A stretch of 64,000 nt of DNA from Macrostomum lignano (Eukaryota). How positions within the stretch are numbered: the stretch's first letter is position 1; each line of letters opens with the position of its first letter. The DNA is taken from positions 372,001 to 436,000 of the forward strand of contig NIVC01000414.1 of the NCBI GenBank assembly GCA_002269645.1, given 5' to 3'. Below the pieces are notes generated by a model. That model worked only from the letters and a program-made list of their open reading frames with translations. It ran no database searches and was not told the DNA's origin. Positions 12,571-24,600 of the stretch are shown one piece after another. Position numbers and translations under genes: made by a program.

Positions 12571-13147
12571 TTCTCTCCTTGTTCTCCATCTCTCTCCGCG
12601 CCTTTCATTGCTACTCTGAGAGTGCTCCTCAAGACTTTGCAATCTACGTTAATTTAATGTACATTTCTGACTTTTATCGGCTGGCACTGTTTGATCGGAA
12701 ATTTTCGAGTGAGGGTACATTTTGTCGTGGCAGTAAAAGTCGGCTGACCGAGGCGAGAGCGGTTATATTAGCTCGTATAAAAAAAAACTTGATAACGCGC
12801 GAAGAGGCCTATTATTGATCGTGCAACTTCGCGAATACGCTCTAAATACACACAAGTAGGGAAAAAACGGACCGATTAGGGGCACCACGCGCAAAAATAG
12901 GAATGGGAGTACGAATAGAAGTAGAAGAGATATGATAAGTGTGATGTTTTATGCCTGGCTGCTGAGTTTCTGCTACTGCCCGGTTTCTATAGTTTGGCTG
13001 AGTGAGTTTCTGCAACTGCAATTGCACCCAAGCTGAACATGAGGACGTAAGAACAAGGCAAAAAGTTTGTTTTAATTTACTGCTTGAACTCGCAAAAGTA
13101 AGTACTTTAAAATAAAAATGCTGTACCTTCGAAGTTCCATTGCCCAT
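4046..13147 (-). CDS. Ankyrin-repeat / caspase fusion gene (copy 1). Exons: 13127-13147, 7986-8509, 7376-7430, 6818-7302, optional 5783-6034, 5304-5345, 4730-5069, 4046-4514
   Basis: All junctions are GT..AG with matching phases (0,2,0,2,2,2,0). The product has about 8 ANK repeats, the linker YDGKIYFDEPLAPP and a caspase domain (644 aa, or 728 aa with the optional exon, after removing one G from the G8 run at 4365-4372). Exon 1 assignment is less certain than the rest. Confidence 0.78.
4520..4700. repeat. 12-bp minisatellite (GAGAGTGGCGCT) inside the 215-bp caspase intron 4515-4729
   Basis: 12-nt period; lies between the GT donor and AG acceptor that rejoin p20 in frame. Confidence 0.92.
4730..5069 (-). 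CDS. Caspase exon 1: p20 with catalytic His
   Basis: FYPVTDPQGFCLIININ...DRDGSQLDVQRV..F..LRF.V...DLTA...CFVCFLMAHG. Acceptor TTTCAG at 5070-5071 and donor CAG|GTGGGA at 4729. Confidence 0.92.
5100..5286. repeat. (TGTGCTGTAGC)n 11/13-bp repeat in the linker-to-caspase intron
   Basis: Direct reading; the same repeat recurs at 55938-56115 and 58255-59550. Confidence 0.92.
5783..6034 (-). CDS. Partial duplicate of ANK exon B (B'), symmetric phase 2-2, 252 nt
   Basis: Encodes DWTPLMWAAF...DGRTALDLATEK..ELAELLRG with the same GTGAGT donor as full B exons. Candidate acceptor CACAG at 6035-6036. Confidence 0.6.
6125..6545 (+). mobile_element. Degenerate Ty3/Gypsy integrase fragment
   Basis: SAVKEMKKLL...YTPR..DGKSPAQILFGHPVR.LP...HYNKTA across two frames resembles the C-terminal half of Gypsy integrase (AE..VK..K, NTP..G.SPAQ.LFGR). 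Confidence 0.7.
6818..7302 (-). CDS. ANK exon B, copy 1 (4 ankyrin repeats)
   Basis: GRTSLMWAA, SCLHHAARAGN, GDTSLMEAA, DGKTPLDLA. Acceptor TTTGCAG and donor AG|GTGAGT. Confidence 0.9.
7986..8509 (-). CDS. ANK exon A, copy 1 (about 4 ankyrin repeats)
   Basis: NGDTAAHLAA, NGATPLMEAARTG, SRTASDLARLSGH. Donor CG|GTGAGT at 7985. Confidence 0.9.
8920..8961. repeat. (CT)n microsatellite, left of the Penelope element
   Basis: Direct reading. Confidence 0.95.
9137..9973 (+). CDS. Ser/Pro/Thr-rich ORF upstream of the Penelope RT, probably element-encoded
   Basis: 278-codon low-complexity ORF lying inside the (CT)n-bounded element. No domain recognised. Confidence 0.35.
   Translation: MTFRWTHEDPNSGATGAFLAPSAPSATKTAIPSTVISLATSLAPVDLDESAQSAKHRRISEVVCSNVEDITTTASTIAATNNESTASMSTETNADSVADGAIGDVAASADATISNDPPAVAVGAPVGSPAAGGTTEVASPDNGCTSAADDLFVTPPLPRVGLPASPAERRLPSPDSEDSPGGPERHRPHLNDSPLSSPVRSSSAGTSGTWSSAQSLSRASNCWQSQRCMSTKCQPYHHYEGRPPCGTGNALSQRCWSWRTSCSAQTTGESRSLRPSIY
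10093..10131 (-). ncRNA. Minimal type I hammerhead ribozyme, antisense to the PLE ORF
   Basis: Reverse complement reads AGCC-CTGAAGA-C-GAC/GTC stem II-GAAAC-GC-GTT-GGCT: conserved core, 4-bp stem I and palindromic mini stem III typical of PLE hammerheads. Confidence 0.7.
12328..12365 (+). ncRNA. Minimal type I hammerhead ribozyme in the PLE 3' pseudo-LTR
   Basis: GGC-CTGACGA-A-GAGCC/GGCTC stem II-GAAAC-CG-GTA-GCC. Predicted cleavage after A12362. Confidence 0.8.
12394..12600. repeat. Imperfect (CT)n microsatellite, right of the Penelope element
   Basis: Direct reading. Confidence 0.95.
12964..13010 (-). pseudogene. Detached 5' piece of ANK exon A (KLTQPNYRNRAVAETQ)
   Basis: Preceded by CAGTTGCAG acceptor and a single copy of the 54-bp unit seen at 37.9 and 61.8 kb. 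Aligns with KLTQPDPSNRASVGD of copy 3. Confidence 0.7.
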
Positions 13148-13435
13148 TATGCGCGCTTCGATCAGATGATCTCAACTCAGCCTAAAAAGAAAAGAAAACT
13201 GCATGACCAGCCGCCCCGCCCAGCACAGCAGTTTTTTTATCGGCCTCAGAAGACATTGTCAGAGAGATTCACTGCTCACGGCTTATTGGCCGAATGCGAG
13301 CCTCGGTCTCTGATTCTTCTCCGTACGGAATGCATACTACTTATGGCAGTAGCGTTTGGAGTGCAGACTTGCAGAGTTGAGTGGGCAGTGAAAAATTGCA
13401 AAGATAAGAGAGGAGATGAAGAAAGGACTCAACAG

Positions 13436-15380
13436 TGGCAGATAGAACATACAGATAGAAGATACAGATAGAACATACAGATAGAAGATACAGATAGAAC
13501 ATACAGATAGAAGATACAGATAGAACATACAGATAGAAAATACAGATAGAACATACAGATAGAACATACAGATAGAACATACAGATAGAACATACAGATA
13601 GAACATACAGATAGAAAATACAGATAGAACATACAGATAGAACATACAGATAGAACATACAGATAGAAAATACAGATAGAAAATACAGATAGAACATACA
13701 GATAGAACACCCAGATAGAACATACAGATAGAACATACAGATAGAAAATACAGATAGAAAATACAGATAGAACATACAGATAGAACATACAGATAGAACA
13801 TACAGATAGAACATACAGATAGAAAATACAAATAGAACATACAGATAGAACACCCAGATAGAACACCCAGATAGAACACACAGATAGAACATACAGATAG
13901 AACATACAGATAGAACATACAGATAGAACATACAGATAGAACATACAGATAGAACATACAGATAGAACATACAGATAGAAGATACAGATAGAACATACAG
14001 ATAGAACATACAGATAGAACATACAGATAGAACATACAGATAGAACATACAGATAAAAGATACAGATAGAAGATACAGATAGAAGATACATATAGAACAT
14101 ACAGATAGAACATACAGATAGAACATACAGATAGAACATACAGATAGAAGATACAGATAGAAGATACATATAGAACATACAGATAGAACATACAGATAGA
14201 ACATACAGATAGAAAATACAGATAGAAAATACAGATAGAACATACAGATAGAACATACAGATAGAACATACAGATAGAACATACAGATAGAACATACAGA
14301 TAGAAGATACAGATAGAAGATACAGATAGAAGATACATATAGAACATACAGATAGAACATACAGATAGAACATACAGATAGAACATACAGATAGAAGATA
14401 CAGATAGAAGATACATATAGAACATACAGATAGAACATACAGATAGAACATACAGATAGAACATACAGATAGAAGATACAGATAGAAGATACATATAGAA
14501 CATACAGATAGAACATACAGATAGAACATACAGATAGAACATACAGATAGAACATACAGATAGAAAATACAGATAGAACATACAGATAGAACACCCAGAT
14601 AGAACATACAGATAGAACATACAGATAGAACATACAGATAGAACATACAGATAGAAGATACATATAGAAAATACAGATAGAACATACAGATAGAACACCC
14701 AGATAGAACATACAGATAGAACATACAGATAGAAAATACAGATAGAAAATACAGATAGAACATACAGATAGAACACCCAGATAGAACATACAGATAGAAC
14801 ATACAGATAGAACATACAGATAGAACATACAGATAGAACATACAGAAAGAACATACGGATAGAACATACGATAGAACATACAGATAGAACATACAGATAG
14901 AACATACAGATAGAACATACAGATAGAACACACAGATAGAACATACAGATAGAACATACAGATAGAACATACAGATAGAAAATACAGATAGAACATACAG
15001 ATAGAACATACAGATAGAACATACAGATAGAAAATACAGATAGAAAATACAGATAAAACATACAGATAGAACACCCAGATAGAACATACAGATAGAACAT
15101 ACAGATAGAAAATACAGATAGAAAATACAGATAGAACATCCAGATTGAAAATACAGATAGAAAATACAGATAGAACATACAGATAGAACACCCAGATAGA
15201 ACACACAGATAGAACATACAGATAGAACATACAGATAGAACATACAGATAGAACATACAGATAGAACATACAGATAGAACATACAGATAGAACATACGAT
15301 AGAACATACAGATAGAACATACAGATAGAACACACAGATAGAACATACAGATAGAACATACAGATAGAACATACAGATAG
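13436..15380. repeat. 13-bp tandem array (GAACATACAGATA), about 150 copies
   Basis: 13-nt period; the translated ORF repeats every 13 aa (CSICMFYLYVLSV). Confidence 0.97.
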
Positions 15381-15687
15381 AGCATCTTTCGCAGAAAGGA
15401 CATGTACAATGTACATGTACTTTGCACGATTCTCATGGACTCCAGAGAGTGCACAGCGCCGAACGTCCACCAGATGCCATCGCCCACGTAGTCTGCCCGA
15501 GACAGACCTCTGCCGTCATTGCTTGCCTTCAGAGGAACTATGGAACTTCTGCTGCTCCTATTTCTGGCTGCGCCGGTGCCTTCTAAGAGCAGCACAGCCC
15601 GTTGATACATGCAAACTGTGCGCTCATTTCTGACTGCAGTATTCTGTCTGTGAGAGTTGAGACAGCACCCTGGCAGCAGAGAGCAGC

Positions 15688-18600
15688 CTCTATTCACTGG
15701 TTTGTGTCCGGTTCTACTCACTGGTTTGTGTCCGGTTCTATTCACTGGTTTGTGTCCGGTTCTATTCACTGGTTTGTGTCCGGTTCTATTCACTGGTTTG
15801 TGTCCGGTTCTATTCACTGGTGTGTGTCCGGTTCTATTCACTGGTTTGTGTCCGGTTCTATTCACTGGTTTGTAGCCGGTTCTATTCACTGGTGTGTGTC
15901 CGGTTCTATTCACTGGTGTGTGTCCGGTTCTATTCACTGGTTTGTGTCCGGTTCTATTCACTGGTGTGTGTCCGGTTCTATTCACTGGTTTGTGTAAGGT
16001 TCTATTCACTGGTTTGTGTCCGGTTATATTCACTGGTGTGTGTCCGGTTCTATTCAATGGTGTGTGTCCGGTTCTATTCACTGGTTTGTGTCCGGTTATA
16101 TTCACTGGTGTGTGTCCGGTTCTATTCACTGGTGTGTGTCCGGTTCTATTCACTGGTGTGTGTCCGGTTCTATTCACTGGTTTGTGTCCGGTTCTATTCA
16201 CTGGTTTGTGTCCGGTTCTATTCACTGGTTTGTGTCGGGTTCTATTCACTGGTGTGTGTCCGGTTCTATTCACTGGTTTGTGTCCGGTTATATTTACTGG
16301 TGTGTGTCCGGTTCTATTCACTGGTTTGTGTCCGGTTCTAAACACTGGTTTGTGTCTGGTTCTATTCACTGGTTTGTGTCCGGTTATATTCACTGGTGTG
16401 TGTCGGGTTCTATTCACTGGTGTGTGTCCGGTTCTATTCACTGGTTTGTGTCCGGTTATATTCAATGGTGTGTGTCCGGTTCTATTCACTGGTGTGTGTC
16501 CGGTTCTATTCACTGGTGTGTGTCCGGTTCTATTCACTGGTTTGTGTCCGGTTCTATTCACTGGTTTGTGTCCGGTTCTATTCACTGGTTTGTGTCGGGT
16601 TCTATTCACTGGTGTGTGTCCGGTTCTATTCACTGGTTTGTGTCCGGTTATATTTACTGGTGTGTGTCCGGTTCTATTCACTGGTTTGTGTCCGGTTCTA
16701 AACACTGGTTTGTGTCTGGTTCTATTCACTGGTTTGTGTCCGGTTATATTCACTGGTGTGTGTCGGGTTCTATTCACTGGTGTGTGTCCGGTTCTATTCA
16801 CTGGTTTGTGTCCGGTTATATTCAATGGTTTGTGTCCGGTTCTATTCACTGGTGTGTGTCCGGTTCTATTCACTGGTTTGTGTCCGGTTCTATTCACTGG
16901 TTTGTGTCCGGTTCTATTCACTGGTTTGTGTCCGGTTCTAAACACTGGTTTGTGTCTGGTTCTATTCACTGGTTTGTGTCCGGTTCTATTCACTGGTGTG
17001 TGTCGGGTTCTATTCACTGGTTTGTGTCCGGTTCTATTCACTGGTTTGTGTCTGGTTCTATTCACTGGTTTGTGTCGGGTTATATTCACTGGTGTGTGTC
17101 GGGTTCTATTCACTGGTGTGTGTCCGGTTCTATTCACTGGTTTGTGTCCGGTTATATTTACTGGTGTGTGTCCGGTTCTATTCACTGGTTTGTGTCCGGT
17201 TCTAAACACTGGTTTGTGTCCAGTTCTATTCACTGGTGTGTGTCGGGTTCTATTCACTGGTTTGTGTCCGGTTCTATTCACTGGTTTGTGTCCGGTTCTA
17301 TTCACTGGTGTGTGTCCGGTTCTATTCACTGGTGTGTGTCCGGTTCTATTCACTGGTTTGTGTCCGGTTCTATTCACTGGTTTGTGTCCGGTTCTATTCA
17401 CTGGTTTGTGTAAGGTTCTATTCACTGGTTTGTGTCCGGTTATATTCACTGGTGTGTGTCCGGTTCTATTCAATGGTGTGTGTCCGGTTCTATTCACTGG
17501 TTTGTGTCCGGTTCTATTCACTGGTGTGTGTCCGGTTCTATTCACTGGTGTGTGTCCGGTTCTATTCACTGGTTTGTGTCCGGTTATATTTACTGGTGTG
17601 TGTCCGGTTCTATTCACTGGTTTTTGTCCGGTTCTATTCACTGGTTTGTGTCCGGTTCTATTATTCACTGGTTTGTGTCCGGTTCTATTATTCACTGGTT
17701 TTTGTCCGGTTCTATTCACTGGTGTGTGTCGGGATCTATTCACTGGTTTGTGTCCGGTTCTATTCAATGGTTTGTGTCCGGTTCTATTCACTGGTGTGTG
17801 TCTGGTTCTATTCACTGGTTTGTGTCCGGTTCTATTCACTGGTTTGTGTCCGGTTCTATTCACTGGTTTGTGTCCGGTTCTAAACACTGGTTTGTGTCTG
17901 GTTCTATTCACTGGTTTGTGTCCGGTTCTATTCACTGGTGTGTGTCGGGTTCTATTCACTGGTTTGTGTCCGGTTCTATTATTCACTGGTTTGTGTCCGG
18001 TTCTATTATTCACTGGTTTGTGTCCGGTTCTATTATTCACTGGTTTTTTGTCCGGTTCTATTCACTGGTTTGTGTCCGGTTCTATTATTCACTGGTTTGT
18101 GTCCGGTTCTATTATTCACTGGTTTGTGTCCGGTTCTATTATTCACTGGCTTGTGTCCGGTTCTATTCACTGGTGTGTGTCCGGTTCTATTCACTGGTTT
18201 GTGTCCGGTTCTATTCACTGGTGTGTGTCCGGTTCTATTCACTGGTTTGTGTCCGGTTCTATTCACTGGTTTGTGTCCGGTTCTATTCACTGGTGTGTGT
18301 CCGGTTCTATTCACTGGTTTGTGTCCGGTTCTAAACACTGGTTTGTGTCTGGTTCTATTCACTGGTTTGTGTCGGGTTATATTCACTGGTGTGTGTCGGG
18401 TTCTATTCACTGGTGTGTTTCCGGTTCTATTCACTGGTTTGTGTCCGGTTATGTTTACTGGTGTGTGTCCGGTTCTATTCACTGGTTTGTGTCCGGTTCT
18501 AAACACTGGTTTGTGTCTGGTTCTATTTACTGGTTTGTGTCCGGTTATATTCACTGGTGTGTGTTGGGTTCTATTCACTGGTGTGTGTCGGGTTCTATTC

Positions 18601-21600
18601 ACTGGTTTGTGTCCGGTTCTAATCACTGGTGTGTGTCCGGTTCTATTCACTGGTGTGTGTCCGGTTCTATTCACTGGTTTGTGTCCGGTTATATTCAATG
18701 GTGTGTGTCCGGTTCTATTCACTGGTGTGTGTCTGGTTCTATTCACTGGTTTGTGTCCGGTTCTATTCACTGGTTTGTGTCCGGTTCTATTCACTGGTTT
18801 GTGTCCGGTTCTAAACACTGGTTTGTGTCTGGTTCTATTCACTGGTTTGTGTCCGGTTTCTATTCACTGGTGTGTGTCGGGTTCTATTCACTGGTTTGTG
18901 TCTGGTTCTATTCACTGGTTTGTGTCGGGTTATATTCACTGGTGTGTGTCGGGTTCTATTCACTGGTGTGTGTCCGGTTCTATTCACTGGTTTGTGTCCG
19001 GTTATATTTACTGGTGTGTGTCCGGTTCTATTCACTGGTTTGTGTCCGGTTCTAAACACTGGTTTGTGTCCGGTTCTATTCACTGGTGTGTGTCCGGTTC
19101 TATTCACTGGTTTGTGTCCGGTTCTATTCACTGGTGTGTGTCCGGTTCTATTCACTGGTGTGTGTCGGTTCTATTCACTGGTGTGTGTCCGGTTCTATTC
19201 ACTGGTTTGTGTCCGGTTCTATTCACTGGTTTGTGTCCGGTTCTATTCACTGGTTTGTGTAAGGTTCTATTCACTGGTTTGTGTCCGGTTATATTCACTG
19301 GTGTGTGTCCGGTTCTATTCAATGGTGTGTGTCCGGTTCTATTCACTGGTTTGTGTCCGGTTATATTCACTGGTGTGTGTCCGGTTCTATTCACTGGTGT
19401 GTGTCCGGTTCTATTCACTGGTGTGTGTCCGGTTCTATTCACTGGTTTGTGTCCGGTTCTATTCACTGGTTTGTGTCCGGTTCTATTCACTGGTTTGTGT
19501 CGGGTTCTGTTCACTGGTGTGTGTCCGGTTCTATTCACTGGTTTGTGTCCGGTTATATTTACTGGTGTGTGTCCGGTTCTATTCACTGGTTTGTGTCCGG
19601 TTCTAAACACTGGTTTGTGTCTGGTTCTATTCACTGGTTTGTGTCCGGTTATATTCACTGATGTGTGTCGGGTTCTATTCGCTGGTGTGTGTCGGGTTCT
19701 ATTCACTGGTTTGTGTCCGGTTCTATTCAATGGTTTGTGTCCGGTTCTATTCACTGGTGTGTGTCTGGTTCTATTCACTGGTTTGTGTCCGGTTCTATTC
19801 ACTGGTTTGTGTCCGGTTCTATTCACTGGTTTGTGTCCGGTTCTAAACACTGGTTTGTGTCTGGTTCTATTCACTGGTTTGTGTCTGGTTCTATTCACTG
19901 GTGTGTGTCGGGTTCTATACACTGGTTTGTGTCCGGTTCTATTATTCACTGGTTTGTGTCCGGTTCTATTATTCACTGGTTTGTGTCCGGTTCTATTATT
20001 CACTGGTTTTTGTCCGGTTCTATTCACTGGTTTGTGTCCGGTTCTATTCACTGGTTTGTGTCCGGTTCTATTATTCACTGGTTTGTGTCCGGTTCTATTA
20101 TTCACTGGTTTGTGTCCGGTTCTATTATTCACTGGTTTGTGTCCGGTTCTATTATTCACTGGTTTTTGTCCGGTTCTATTCACTGGTTTGTGTCCGGTTC
20201 TATTATTCACTGGTTTGTTTCCGGTTCTATTATTCACTGGTTTGTGTCCGGTTCTATTATTCACTGGTTTGTGTCCGGTTCTATTCACTGGTTTGTGTCC
20301 GGTTCTATTCACTGGTTTGTGTCCGGTTCTATTCACTGGTTTGTGTCCGGTTCTATTCACTGGTGTGTGTCCGGTTCTATTCACTGGTTTGTGTCCGGTT
20401 CTAAACACTGGTTTGTGTCTGGTTCTATTCACTGGTTTGTGTCGGTTATATTCACTGGTGTCGGTTCTATTCACTGGTGTGTGTCCGGTTCTATTCACTG
20501 GTTTGTGTCCGGTTATTTTACTGGTGTGTGTCCGGTTCTATTCACTGGTTTGTGTCCGGTTCTAAACACTGGTTTGTGTCCGTTCTATTCACTGGTTTGT
20601 GTCCGGTTATATTCACTGGTGTGTGTCGGTTCTATTCACTGGTGTGTGTCGGTTCTATTCACTGGTTTGTGTCCGGTTCTATTCACTGGTTTGTGTCGGT
20701 TCTATTCACTGGTTTGTGTCGGTTCTATTCACTGGTGTGTGTCGGTTCTATTCACTGGTTTGTGTCCGGTTCTATTCACTGGTTTGTGTCCGGTTCTATT
20801 CACTGGTGTGTGTCCGGTTCTATTCACTGTTTGTGTCCGGTTCTATTCACTGGTTTGTGTCCGGTTCTATTCACTGGTTTGTGTCCGGTTCTATTCACTG
20901 GTTTGTGTCCGGTTCTATTCACTGGTTTGTGTCCGGTTCTATTCACTGGTGTGTGTCCGGTTCTATTCACTGGTTTGTGTCCGGTTCTATTCACTGGTTT
21001 GTGTCCGGTTCTATTCACTGGTTTGTGTCCGGTTCTATTCACTGGTTGTGTCCGGTTCTATTCACTGGTGTGTGTCCGGTTCTATTCACTGGTGTGTGTC
21101 CGGTTCTATTCACTGGTGTGTGTCCGGTTCTATTCACTGGTTTGTGTCCGGTTCTATTCACTGGTGTGTGTCCGGTTCTATTCACTGGTGTGTGTCCGGT
21201 TCTATTCACTGGTGTGTGTCCGGTTCTATTCACTGGTTTGTGTCCGGTTCTATTCACTGGTTTGTGTCCGGTTCTATTCACTGGTTTGTGTCCGGTTCTA
21301 TTCACTGGTGTGTGTCCGGTTCTATTCACTGGTTTGTGTCCGGTTCTATTCACTGGTTGTGTCCGGTTCTATTCACTGGTTGTGTCCGGTTCTATTCACT
21401 GGTTTGTGTCCGGTTCTATTCACTGGTTTGTGTCCGGTTCTATTCACTGGTTTGTGTCCGGTTATATTCACTGGTGTGTGTCCGGTTCTATTCACTGGTG
21501 TGTCCGGTTCTATTCACTGGTTTGTGTCCGGTTCTATTCACTGGTTTGTGTCCGGTTCTATTCACTGGTTTGTGTCCGGTTCTATTCACTGGTTTGTGTC

Positions 21601-24600
21601 CGGTTCTATTCACTGGTTTGTGTCCGGTTCTATTCACTGGTTTGTGTCCGGTTCTATTCACTGGTTTGTGTCCGGTTCTATTCACTGGTTTGTGTCCGGT
21701 TCTATTCACTGGTGTGTCGGTTCTATTCACTGGTTTGTGTCCGGTTCTATTCACTGGTTTGTGTCGGTTCTATTCACTGGTTTGTGTCGGTTCTATTCAC
21801 TGGTGTGTGTCGGTTCTATTCACTGGTTTGTGTCCGGTTCTATTCACTGGTTTGTGTCCGGTTCTATTCACTGGTGTGTCCGGTTCTATTCACTGGTTTG
21901 TGTCCGGTTCTATTCACTGGTTTGTGTCCGGTTCTATTCACTGGTGTGTGTCGGTTCTATTCACTGGTTTGTGTCCGGTTCTATTCACTGGTTTGTGTCC
22001 GGTTCTATTCACTGGTGTGTGTCCGGTTCTATTCACTGGTGTGTCCGGTTCTATTCACTGGTTTGTGTCCGGTTCTATTCACTGGTTTGTGTCCGGTTCT
22101 ATTCACTGGTTTGTGTCCGGTTCTATTCACTGGTTTGTGTCCGGTTCTATTCACTGGTGTGTGTCCGGTTCTATTCACTGGTGTGTCCGGTTCTATTCAC
22201 TGGTTTGTGTCCGGTTCTATTCACTGGTGTGTGTCCGGTTCTATTCACTGGTTGTGTCCGGTTCTATTCACTGGTTTGTGTCCGGTTCTATTCACTGGTT
22301 TGTGTCCGGTTCTATTCACTGGTTTGTGTCCGGTTCTATTCACTGGTTTGTGTCCGGTTCTATTCACTGGTTTGTGTCCGGTTCTATTCACTGGTTTGTG
22401 TCCGGTTCTATTCACTGGTGTGTCGGTTCTATTCACTGGTTTGTGTCCGGTTCTATTCACTGGTTTGTGTCCGGTTCTATTCACTGGTTTGTGTCCGGTT
22501 CTATTCACTGGTTTGTGTCCGGTTCTATTCACTGGTTTGTGTCCGGTTCTATTCACTGGTTTGTGTCCGGTTCTATTCACTGGTTTGTGTCCGGTTCTAT
22601 TCACTGGTTTGTGTCCGGTTCTATTCACTGGTTTGTGTCCGGTTCTATTCACTGGTTTGTGTCCGGTTCTATTTCACTGGTTTGTGTCCGGTTCTATTCA
22701 CTGGTTTGTGTCCGGTTCTATTCAATGGTTTGTGTCCGGTTCTATTCACTGGTTTGTGTCCGGTTCTATTCACTGGTTTGTGTCCGGTTCTATTCACTGG
22801 TTTGTGTCCGGTTCTATTCACTGGTTTGTGTCCGGTTCTATTCACTGGTTGTGTCCGGTTCTATTCACTGGTTGTGTCCGGTTCTATTCACTGGTTTGTG
22901 TCCGGTTCTATTCACTGGTTGTGTCCGGTTCTATTCACTGGTTTGTGTCCGGTTCTATTCACTGGTTTGTGTCCGGTTCTATTCACTGGTTTGTGTCCGG
23001 TTCTATTCACTGGTTTGTGTCCGGTTCTATTCACTGGTTTGTGTCCGGTTCTATTCACTGGTTTGTGTCCGGTTCTATTCACTGGTGTGTGTCCGGTTCT
23101 ATTCACTGGTTTGTGTCCGGTTCTATTCACTGGTTTGTGTCCGGTTCTATTCACTGGTTGTGTCCGGTTCTATTCACTGGTTTGTGTCCGGTTCTATTCA
23201 CTGGTTTGTGTCTGGTTCTATTCACTGGTTTGTGTCCGGTTATATTCACTGGTGTGTGTCCGGTTCTATTCACTGGTGTGTGTCCGGTTCTATTCACTGG
23301 TTTGTGTCCGGTTCTATTCACTGGTGTGTGTCCGGTTCTATTCACTGGTGTGTGTCCGGTTCTATTCACTGGTTTGTGTCCGGTTCTATTCACTGGTTTG
23401 TGTCCGGTTCTATTCACTGGTGTGTGTCCGGTTCTATTCACTGGTTTGTGTCCGGTTCTATTCACTGGTTTGTGTCCGGTTCTATTCACTGGTTTGTGTC
23501 CGGTTCTATTCACTGGTTTGTGTCCGGTTCTATTCACTGGTTTGTGTCCGGTTCTATTCACTGGTGTGTGTCGGTTCTATTCACTGGTTTGTGTCCGGTT
23601 CTATTCACTGGTTTGTGTCCGGTTATATTCACTGGTGTGTGTCCGGTTCTATTCACTGGTGTGTCCGGTTCTATTCACTGGTTTGTGTCCGGTTCTATTC
23701 ACTGGTGTGTGTCCGGTTCTATTCACTGGTTTGTGTCCGGTTCTATTCACTGGTTTGTGTCCGGTTCTATTCACTGGTGTGTGTCCGGTTCTATTCACTG
23801 GTTTGTGTCCGGTTCTATTCACTGGTGTGTGTCCGGTTCTATTCACTGGTTGTGTCCGGTTCTATTCACTGGTGTGTGTCCGGTTCTATTCACTGGTTTG
23901 TGTCCGGTTCTATTCACTGGTTTGTGTCCGGTTCTATTCACTGGTTTGTGTCCGGTTCTATTCACTGGTTTGTGTCCGGTTATATTCACTGGTGTGTGTC
24001 CGGTTCTATTCACTGGTGTGTGTCCGGTTCTATTCACTGGTTTGTGTCCGGTTATATTCACTGGTGTGTGTCCGGTTCTATTCACTGGTGTGTGTCCGGT
24101 TCTATTCACTGGTTTGTGTCCGGTTCTATTCACTGGTTTGTGTCCGGTTCTATTCACTGGTTTGTGTCCGGTTCTATTCACTGGTTTGTGTCCGGTTCTA
24201 TTCACTGGTGTGTGTCCGGTTCTATTCACTGGTTTGTGTCCGGTTCTATTCACTGGTGTGTCCGGTTCTATTCACTGGTTGTGTCCGGTTCTATTCACTG
24301 GTTTGTGTCTGGTTCTATTCACTGGTTTGTGTCCGGTTATATTCACTGTGTTGTCGGTTCTATTCACTGGTGTGTGTCCGGTTCTATTCACTGGTTTGTG
24401 TCCGGTTCTATTCACTGGTTTGTGTCCGGTTCTATTCACTGGTGTGTCCGGTTCTATTCACTGGTTTGTGTCCGGTTCTATTCACTGGTTTGTGTCCGGT
24501 TCTATTCACTGGTTTGTGTCCGGTTCTATTCACTGGTTTGTGTCCGGTTCTATTCACTGGTTTGTGTCCGGTTCTATTCACTGGTTGTGTCGGTTCTATT

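Larger units (their letters stand above)
8512..12959. mobile_element. 4.45-kb composite insertion that splits ANK exon A, flanked by a 4-bp TGCT duplication
   Basis: TGCT at 8508-8511 and 12960-12963. Removing the insert restores ...RAVAETQQLDITILAQLVIRG, the same length as the uninterrupted paralogues. No terminal inverted repeats seen. Confidence 0.65.
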
